Origin: Octopus vulgaris
Taxonomy: Eukaryota
Direction: 5' to 3'
NCBI GenBank assembly: GCA_951406725.2
Contig: OX597815.1
Coordinates: 213,032,001-213,096,000 of the forward strand
Length of the DNA: 64,000 bases
The position numbers and the translations under genes were made by a program. The notes under the pieces are model-generated. The model worked only from the letters and a program-made list of their open reading frames with translations, was not told the origin of the DNA and made no database searches. Below, in pieces: positions 53,599-64,000 of the stretch; position 1 is the first letter of the stretch; the number at the start of each line of letters is the position of its first letter.

Positions 53599-53789
53599 GA
53601 GTTCTTTGGAGTATTTATGTAGCTATGGAGTGTGTATAGTGGTACTATATGCATGGGGGCTTATATTGGGGATGGGTGGGTGGAAAAGAATCTATTGGGT
53701 CTTCTCTGCTGCCCACCCTCAATATAAGCCTCCACACATATAGTACCCCTACATACACTCCATACCTGCATAAATTCTCCAAGGAATTT
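53599..53789. repeat. ~190-nt imperfect hairpin
   Basis: Arms of ~95 nt around the loop at 53693-53696. Confidence 0.85.
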
Positions 53790-54479
53790 AGCCAAAACAT
53801 AAGTAGAAAACATACAAACACACAGATGCTTAGGATGCACCCTTTGGGCACTTTCCTCTGAAAATGCTACACATATTGTACCACAGTGTACATTCCAACC
53901 CTACTAGAACACTAATCCTAAAACAAACATACACACATTTCCCACTCACACTTTTCCAGAAAACTCTTGTCAGCTTGCAACACTACCAGAGTCTGTGTTT
54001 TGGTGCCAAAGGACATAACTTTTAACTTAAAACTTGCTCAGTTCATTTCGTTGTTTTTTTTTTCACAGCAATTACAAACTGGATGTGACTTTTCACCTCC
54101 AACAATAGAGAGCAGTTGGCACATGTCTTTCCATAACTACCATCTCTGAAGAGTGCAAGGTTACATAATCAGCTGTTATCTAAACACGTTGTTGAACCCC
54201 CAGTGCGAAACTGATTGGTAAGATCAGCCACGATGGATGTATAATACTGAACACTTCGATTAATGTACCCATTCTATTGATAAATATACGAGTGCTTATT
54301 TTTTCTAATTTATGGATTCTTTGTCGATGTGGACACTTTTAATATACGAGGTGGCATCGTCACAGGAACAAAAATGTAATGTGTTCATTAGAAAGTGGCT
54401 AGGCCTACTTCAGATATTGAACTGGGGAAGGTACTAATGGTGATGATGATGCTGAGAGAGTTGAAGGAGATGGAAATCA

Positions 54480-54940
54480 AGTGTAATTCACCAGATGTGA
54501 AAACAGCCAAGAAGTGGAAAGCAGAAGCAGAGACGGATGACGTTCTGTCTTCTCTTGCACACCGAGATATGGTGGGTGCAATGCAAGTTCATCAGAAGGG
54601 ACTTGGTTTTGGTGCAGATCAGTTTAGACCATTTGCAAGTATGATGCAGAGCGAATGCAGATCTGTTGTTAGCAACAGCATCAAAATGAGGGAAGCAGAG
54701 AGAAGAGAGTTTCATTTGATCCACTGCATTCAACAAGGACAGATGATGAGATGGGAAGAACACGTTGTTGAGAGGAAAATAAGTTGGGATGAGTTATGGA
54801 AGTGGACCACATCTAGGATAAGTTTTCTGATTCGTTCATCCTGTGATCTTTTGCCATCACATGTAAATCTAGTAAGATGAAACATCTCAGAGAATAATAT
54901 ATGCAAATGTGGAAAGAACAGGACAGTGAGAACAAGACAG
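54480..54940 (+). mobile_element. Hero-like (RLE-type) non-LTR retrotransposon fragment
   Basis: KTAKKWKAE..LAHRDMVG..GLGFG, QQGQMMRWE..RKISWDELW..RISFLIRSSCDLLPS..NL, then a CxC Zn-knuckle remnant after a stop. Confidence 0.72.
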
Positions 54941-55503
54941 TAAAAACAAACAGTGAGGGCCATTAAGCCAAGACAATAGAAAAATTATTATGAACATCAG
55001 GACAAGCTATGAATGGAGGACGTGCTTGTTCTTGTTATCACTTTCACCTTCTGCAAAAAATCCTAAGTTTTATTTAATTTGCTTTGCGGGAAGGACTGTT
55101 TCAATGAAGTCATGTATTGTCCTTGCCTTCGAAACGTGGAGTAGTTGAAACAGGGACAACTGAAGGAGGGGAATATTTTTCATGTTGCATGTCTTGTTTC
55201 TCTGTTTGTTTTTTTCATTGTTCAAAAAATAGTTCGTTTTCTATGTTTTTGTTTTTATGTTTGCGTTTCTCATTATGTTCAACGTTTTTTTTGTCTTGTA
55301 CCCATATATGCATGTATATATACATATATATGTAGGTATGTACAGATATGTATGTATATATGCATATACTTATATATTATTTATATTATCTATCTATATA
55401 TATGTATATCATTTATATACATACATACACATGCACACACACACACACATATATATATACATACATACAAACATACATACATACATATATACATGCATAT
55501 ATT

Positions 55504-56544
<1,041 letters not shown>

Positions 56545-56769
56545 TATGAATTTGTGGTAAAACATTTTACCTTTGCCCATATAATACAATAAATGAATTA
56601 ATTGCATCGCAATTCTTAACATTTATGTATTAACTTTGTTGGGTACATTACTAGCAGTATATTGGATATATGTTATCCCATGGAGGGTTGCATTTACAAC
56701 CCCTATCTCAATTTGTATATATATGTATGTATGTATATATATATATATATATACACACACACAGACATA

Positions 56770-56838
<69 letters not shown>

Positions 56839-56852
56839 ATATATACACACAC

Positions 56853-56895
<43 letters not shown>

Positions 56896-56899
56896 TATA

Positions 56900-56990
<91 letters not shown>

Positions 56991-56991
56991 A

Positions 56992-57210
56992 AAGGTGGCG
57001 AGCTGGCAGAATCGTTAGCACGTCGGGTGAAATGCTTAACGGTATTTCGTCTGCCGCTACGTTGTGAGTTCAAATTCCGCCAAGGTCGACTTTGCCTTTC
57101 ATCCTTTCGGGGTCGATAAATAAAGTACCAGTTTCGCACTGGGGTCGTTATAATCGACTTAATCCCTTTGTCTGTCCTTGTTTGTCCCCTCTGTGTTTAG
57201 CCCCTTGTAA
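56992..57210 (+). mobile_element. SINE family B in a (TA)n tract
   Basis: aaggtggcgagctggcagaatcgttagc head, family-B core and tail. Confidence 0.85.
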
Positions 57211-57213
57211 GCA

Positions 57214-57263
<50 letters not shown>

Positions 57264-57646
57264 TATATATAGATGTATACGTGTGTGTATATATATATAT
57301 TTATATATATATACACACACACACAAATACATATATATATATATATATTATTGCCCACAGGGAGCTAAATACACATATATATACATACACTTATTTATAT
57401 AACACATACACACACACATTTCCTGATACTATTGGATAAATACAAGACCAGAACAGTTGAGCAAAAGTATTTCCTTATTCTGAATTAGGCTTGCATATAG
57501 CATATCAGGAATAAATCGCTTGTGCCGATCAATGATCGACCTGTCTGCATTCTGTTGAAATTAAACTGCTCGGTGCTACAGAAACAGAAACGCAATTAAT
57601 TTAACCGAAGTGAAATTAGGAGTGACCTCCCTTAGCGTTGGTATCG

Positions 57647-57700
57647 ATGAATGCGATGGCGTTGGCAAGGCTTGCACTTTCGAGATGGGCACCAAGAATG
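57647..57700 (+). CDS. Possible first coding exon of a downstream gene (MNAMALARLALSRWAPRM)
   Basis: Non-repetitive, CpG-richer context; Arg/Ala/Leu-rich peptide with no acidic residues; ATG|gtatat donor; no next exon identified. Confidence 0.3.
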
Positions 57701-58551
57701 GTATATATATCTTTATTTATGTATTGCACTCCAGATCTTTTTCTTTAAATTTAAATTATTAATGTTTTTGTTATAGTTGTTGAAGTTTTTTTTCTGGTTA
57801 TGTGTCTATGCACACTTTTTTCTTTTCGTTTTTGATAACACCTTGCATCGTATTTGTAACCTGATCAAGGTCTCTCAATAACAACATCAGAGACGCATCA
57901 TGAGTCGGTGTGTTGGAAGGCATTCGTTAAAAATATTAGTTATAGGTAGGAAGTGGATGACTGACGATGATGGATAACTAAAAATAAGATGAACACAACA
58001 CTTCTTGATTTGTTTATATACTAACGCCTTCGTTTGTTGTTAGTGAAAATGTTTAGGGTCAATATAAGAGGATACATTTCTATTAACTTCGAAATGAGGT
58101 GTATTTTACGATTTTTCATTAATAGCAACCCTCCCAACTTTAGCCTCCGTATTTATTAAGAAATGTCACGTTTTTATTTACTTCGATTTGTGTACAAATA
58201 GAGAATTGGTAGAGAATAGTTGATTGAATTAACTAAAGGTGTACAAAAGGTATTAATTTTATTGACCTCAATCGGACGAAAGACATTCGATCCAGGTAAG
58301 ATTTGGATTCAGCCCTGAGATAAACAAAATTAAATATTTTAATTACATTACGTCCGGGACTCGATTTATGGCAAATTCGTCGTTCGAAACACGGCAAAAA
58401 ATAGGTCCTCGTGAAGGATGGGGGAGATTGCACTCGTTGAATTTTTACGTATGAAACGAGTAGCGGATTAAGATATGTATTTTAGAGGCCTCCATCCAAA
58501 GATTACGTGAAAGGTTTCGAAAATATCACTGGGGTCGTCATAACTGTAACC

Positions 58552-58895
58552 CAGGAAACCAGCGTGGACATGTTTACAAAGTCAGAAAACAGCACAGCTC
58601 CTTCCATGACTTTAGGAAACATTTTTTCATGCTAAGAGTTGCTGAAGCATGGAACAAACTGCCGGCATCAGTTGCTAGTTGTCGGAGCACTGCATCCTTC
58701 AAAACTTCCTGAGATTCGCCAACACTACACCTGATTTTCTCCCCTCCATACACACGCAAGCATGTGTCTGACTCATACACTGTTCACTTTCAAGACATTT
58801 GTACATTACTGCATATGCTTTATACGCACTTTTGACAAGTTGTGGTGCACCTGAGCAATGCATACAATAATTTCATTATTATTATTATTATTATT
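58552..58895 (+). mobile_element. CR1-group LINE 3' end with (ATT)n tail
   Basis: RGHVYKVRKQ..FRKHFF.LRVAEAWNKLPASV..STASFK, then a 3'UTR ending in attattatt. Confidence 0.8.
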
Positions 58896-60594
58896 TATTT
58901 CCACTTAATAGTGGACATTCCGTTAAAACAAACTATACTGCGGTATATACCATGTGAAAAACTTTAACATTGGGTTTTGGTGTAAAATGCACTTTTGTTT
59001 ATATCGCGAGCGGGGGAGATAAATCTCCCTATATCTTCCCACAAGAGTGCATTTGCACCAAAAGCTAATATGAGAGTTTCTCTCATTGTTTGGGATCTGC
59101 CGCACTCTAACAAATATTATCTCGGTATTAATACCGCCTCTGTCGCTAATATATATTTTTTGCAATATCTTAATTCGAAATGTCGAAAGTGGCGCTTGAC
59201 TTCAATGGAATTCACCACCACCAATTTTACTTGGAACAAGCAGATTTTACCCCCAAATTTGGGGGGGTAAGGTACATAGTCGTTTGAATCAATCTCAGTA
59301 TGGTGGTGGCAAAATGAGTGATTTCTGTTTTCTCGTTGTTTTCTCCCAACCTGTTTGAAATCATTACATTGTAAGTATTACATCATTATTTTGTACTGCT
59401 TCTTCATCTTTAGGAATAAAAACTGGTCAGCATAGTTGTTGTCGAAGATGAAAGAGTCTAAAACATAGTCAGGTGGCAGGTCCTCTTTTTCCAAGAAATT
59501 TTTCCACATCTTTGACTCGATTGTAATTGAAGTCGGTAATTAAATATCTGGATAATTTTTAGTGTTTAACAATCAATTTTGTTTTTTCTGTTGGATTCCA
59601 AACCAATTTTTTCCCATGATGTCTAAAATGGGGTAAAATGAGTAATGTCTAATTTCAATGATTTCTTCTTTTTAACTGCATCGTAAGTAAATATATATTG
59701 AAGAGAAAACTCCAACAGATCGTGGAAAAGCTATAGATAATATTTCTTTAATTTTTCATCATGTGCCATTTTCCCTAATCTTCTTTTAGACATTAAATTT
59801 TTTTGTTGCATTTCTGATCTGTCTGATATTTAGGAATAGATACTGATGTGTATGAATTTGTTTTCAGAAGAATTGAAGTGGTAAATTTACCTATCTTGGG
59901 TTACTCATTTTGCCCCAGCCAAATAGTCTTTTATATGCTCAAAGAGAACAGCGATAATTTTCTGAAATAGGGATCAGATTATGTTATAATGCTTTTAATG
60001 CATTTAGGAAAGACCATTTGCTTAACTGATTAAATTTTTGTATGGTAGCGAACATTTGTAAAAATATATTTTGGCTCAAAGTCAAAAATGCAGCAAAAGC
60101 ACCCCATTTTGCCCCTTTCCCCATATTAATGGCACTGTCTACTATCCAGGTATAGAAGACACATCTACAGGCTTTTGGCAATGCCATTTTACAACTGTGG
60201 AAAGAGTGGTTCATATCCAGACAGACTAGTTGATGGTCAGCGCACTGCCAGCTCATCAGTGTGTTATGGCTGGCCATATAGCCTTGAATGTTTTGTTGAC
60301 CAGCAAGATTACCTTGCATTAACTCAGGTGTAATTTGTCAATCTCTGGTCAGAGTATTGTTTTATTCTTTCGTATGTTTCAGTTGTCTTCAAGGAGGTGT
60401 CCAAGCAGCCATCCTGGGGGCACCGCCTTGAACGGTTTTGTCAAACAAATCTACCTTAGTACTTATTTTTTAACTATGGTGCTTATTCCATCTGTTTCAT
60501 TTTACTGAACCACTAAGTTATAGTGATGTAAACTAACTAGCACCAATTGCTATTTGGTAGGAAAGCAAGCACATGTATATATATATATATATAC

Positions 60595-61261
60595 TACAAA
60601 ATTAGAGAATGGAGAAACATACTTAAATCAATAAAACATCAACTATCCGATGATACTCAATCCATACTTTAATACACCATTACATAGGAGTAAAGGCAAT
60701 ATATAAAATGAAATGAGATATACAGTAATAGTAAAAGTAAAAGTAAAAGTAAAAAGATAAAGAGATATAAGTAAAAAATTACAAATACAATATGCAAATA
60801 AATCAAAACTGACAGCTGTTTCGGCAGTGAGGACAGTCATACCTCATTTAACCTATAAGCCATAAAGGCAGGTATAAATGAGGCATTAACAAAGATGCCC
60901 CACGGCCTCTTCAGAGAATTAAATTAAATTTGTTATAATAGTGAAAAATATTATATAATCATATACATATAAATATAAAAATATAAAAAAGTAAAATATA
61001 AAAACTTATACATCATAATGCTACACTTGTATAATATAATACATATTTGTACAAAAAGGAAGGTAACCAGAACAAAATAAAACAAAATATATAACAGTGT
61101 ATATATAATATTAATAAGTACCGATATCATACATATTTAGCTAATAGTTTTTTTTATAAAAAAAAAAGGGGCTAACACATATGGAGATGAAAAATAATAA
61201 TAATTAAATCCGTGGTACAGTTCATAAAATTCTAAAGCTATAAAAGTTAATAAAAATTACT

Positions 61262-61298
<37 letters not shown>

Positions 61299-63743
61299 GT
61301 AATAATAATAAAAAATAATAAAAATAGATACAGTTAAGTTATCACCAAGTCCATCCTTCCAAGATCGAAATAACTATGAGTTAAGAAATGCTGACCACTA
61401 GGTAAAGAAAATTTAGATTAATTCGATTGGCTATTGGTTTGAAATTTAAATCACAAAAGAAAATTATACGGTTGGTTAGTCAGGGAACGCCAATATTCAC
61501 ACACGCATCTACAGATCAATCGCACATACACACATAGTTATATGTATATACATACACTTGTACATATACATAATCATAAGCAACAACTAACACTTAGATA
61601 AACAAATAGGGAAGCAACCATGCTAACACTAAGTCCTTCAAAATTATAACTGAGCCTCAATAACAAAAAAAGAACCATCCATGCATTCTATAAAATATTT
61701 AATTAAGATATAAATGTATTTTTAAATATCAGTATGTTACTAATTCAGATAATTATTTCATGGGTAACTTAAAATTTGTAACACCGGTTTGTTGCAGAGT
61801 AAACATACGGTTGTTAGATTTATCGTAAGTTTGTTATGATTTAAAGTACGCTAAATTATAAAATATAAAATATAAAATATATTAATTTAGATATTATAAA
61901 TAAGTCACTTATTAACTTAATAAATATAGTGCCAAAATATACCAGTTTAGGCAATAAAAAATAGAGGGGGAAGTATTAATGTAAACGTTTATGAGAACAT
62001 CACAGAAATTTTAAATAAATTTTATATTATAAAGACTTAATATGAAAAGAGATAAAATAAATAAAAAGGAATAAATACGAAGGAATAAATACGGTTATAC
62101 ACATAATTATAAGTACAAACTAGTATATATGTATTCATATATTATTAAAATAAATAAAAATAAATGATAGATATGTATGTATAAAACTACACCAGTATAA
62201 GTAAATAAGTAAAGAATAAATAGGTAACAAATTAAATGACTTGATATGTATGTAAACATCTACACTTAAATAGGCAAATAAATAAATAAATAGAAGACTA
62301 GATGCAAATATTGATAATATTACAATAAAATGGGAATAAATAAAAATAAATAAAGTGAATATATATATTTTATATTGTTGAAAGTAAATATGTATGGAAG
62401 GATAGTTTAAAGTACAGATCCAGAGGACTATAGATATAAACTAAATATATGAGGCTGGTAACAATTATAAAGCAAAATGCATGTAAATGAGAAAATGAAA
62501 AAAATGAAAAAGGTTTATCAGTGAATAACATAAGATACAAATTAAGGTGAGTACATAAAGACCAAATATATAATAAAAACCTTCCAAATCAGCACATACA
62601 AAAAGCCCATAATCTCAACCTAAACCCACCAAACTCACAAAAGGCTCTCATATATTACATATTATACAATATCATTACATTATCCAGAGCTAGGTATCTA
62701 ACCAAGATATACATATATACTTTGCAATATACTATGCAATATTGGAAAACTTCAAAAATCACACATTACAAGGCAAATACCAAAATGAATATGTTATTTT
62801 ATGTCATATTGCATTTCTCTTAAAAAAAACAAACAAAAACCCACATACAAAAACCAAGAAACCAATAATACTAGACACATCCAAATAGTTATTATACAAA
62901 TGTAGCTATAAAAATTATAAAATTATGAAATTTATAAATTGTATACTTTAGAATTATAGAAGACCACAGGTATATTTAGTTAAAGAAGGGAATTAAAAAA
63001 TTGATAATAGTGGAAGTGCTAAGTTCTATTTGAATCTAGAAAAGGTGAACGGTAGCCTATGAATACAAAAGAAGCTTTTCTCATTAATGTTATTAATAAT
63101 TTGCCGACCCGCTTTAATAATGAAGAAAATTTCATTAATACATAGAGAGCATTTTTATTTTTTCCATTATACACAGGTGCTGAAGTTAGTATTTTCCAGT
63201 TTAATCTAAAATCTAAGTTCTTACTTTTAAGTTCCCAAATATATGCACTTAGCCCTGTAGAGTACATTCTATTTTTATTCCTAAAAGTATATCTATGATA
63301 ATTCCATCTTTGTTTTATGCTATTCATAGTTGCCCCGATATACACTCTACTACTCAATTGTGTATCTACAGTGCATTGGTAAACTACCTCCTTCCTGAGG
63401 CATTGATTACCAAATACACATTTATTTTTATTTCTGCAATTACAAAGATTAACAGAATGAGGAAATCTAAGATTGGACACCACCCCTGTACTACTATTCA
63501 CATTATAAGTGTTACAATTGTTATCATCATCAAACCCAAAACCGAATGAGTTAATTCCACATTATCGGCTATATTCCTATCACTAGTACTAGTATTGGTA
63601 GTAGTGGTATGATCTAATACATTTATATTATCTCTGACAGGTATGGTGCACTCATTATTAGTAAGGAGGTTGCTCCCATTTGTTCCAAGAAAATTTCTAT
63701 TCCTATTATTAATGAAGAGGGGCAAGTTTTCCTGGTCTAAATT
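60595..63743 (-). mobile_element. Penelope-like retroelement (Naiad-type), 5'-truncated: linker, Zn-knuckle, GIY-YIG endonuclease, long AT-rich 3' region with hammerhead
   Basis: The minus ORF at 63019-63501 has CNCRNKNKCVFGNQC (CxCx5Cx5C), VVY..YIGAT..KQRWNYH and TGLSAYIWELK. After a frameshift in an A-run it continues KCSLCINE...CIH. A hammerhead core lies at 60811-60914 and the 3' end abuts (TA)n. Confidence 0.8.
60801..60920 (-). ncRNA. Type I hammerhead ribozyme motif, intact core, ~85-nt stem II
   Basis: The minus strand reads CUGAAGA (60914-60908), GGCCGUGGGG...CCUCACUGCC, GAAA (60822-60819), CAGCUG-UC. Stem III is palindromic (ACAGCUGU) with a GUC cleavage triplet; stem I is weak. 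Confidence 0.72.
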
Positions 63744-64000
63744 GAATTTAGACCAGGAAAACTTGCCCTCTTCATTAATAATAGGAATAGAAATTTTCTT
63801 GGAACAAATGGGAGCAACCTCCTTACTAATAATGAGTGCACCATACCTGTCAGAGATAATATAAATGTAATTAGATCATACCACTACTACCAATACTAGT
63901 ACTAGTGATAGGAATATAGCCGATAATGTGGAATTAACTCATTCGTTGATTTTGGGTTTGGATGATGATAACAATTGTAACACTTATAATGTGAATAGTA
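63492..64000. repeat. Fold-back palindrome centred at 63744, running off the window
   Basis: 63492-63743 is the reverse complement of 63745-64000 apart from four indel sites. Confidence 0.95.

Noticed and set aside
59290-60125. DNA transposon remnant with ggggcaaaatg-type repeated motifs
   Set aside because: Repeated motifs are visible, but boundaries and coding motifs could not be established
63019-63501. Selenocysteine recoding, described for some Naiad elements
   Set aside because: All visible Cys positions are sense Cys codons. There is no in-frame TGA and no SECIS was recognised.

Overview
AT-rich, repeat-dense eukaryotic genomic DNA, most likely an octopod cephalopod (inferred from the SINE families and (TA)n/(CA)n load). 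Two intron-containing genes are arranged divergently about 12 kb apart. On the minus strand is a GLMP/NCU-G1 lysosomal membrane glycoprotein gene (5 exons, 28260->3523; the last exon lies left of the window). On the plus strand is a complete EPHX3/EPHX4-type epoxide hydrolase (6 exons, 40554-51624, 346 aa). The rest is mostly tRNA-derived SINEs, RTE/CR1/Hero LINE fragments, hAT, Tigger and Sola-like transposon fossils, and MITEs. The most striking signal is a set of hammerhead-ribozyme motifs, three of them with unusually long stem II hairpins. They sit in small elements with inverted duplications that are inserted in (TA)n tracts. One belongs to the 3' end of a Penelope-like (Naiad-type CxCx5Cx5C + GIY-YIG) retroelement that folds back as a near-perfect palindrome at the window end. 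Most ORF-track entries are repeat or microsatellite artefacts. All alignments and folds were done by eye, and TE boundaries are approximate.
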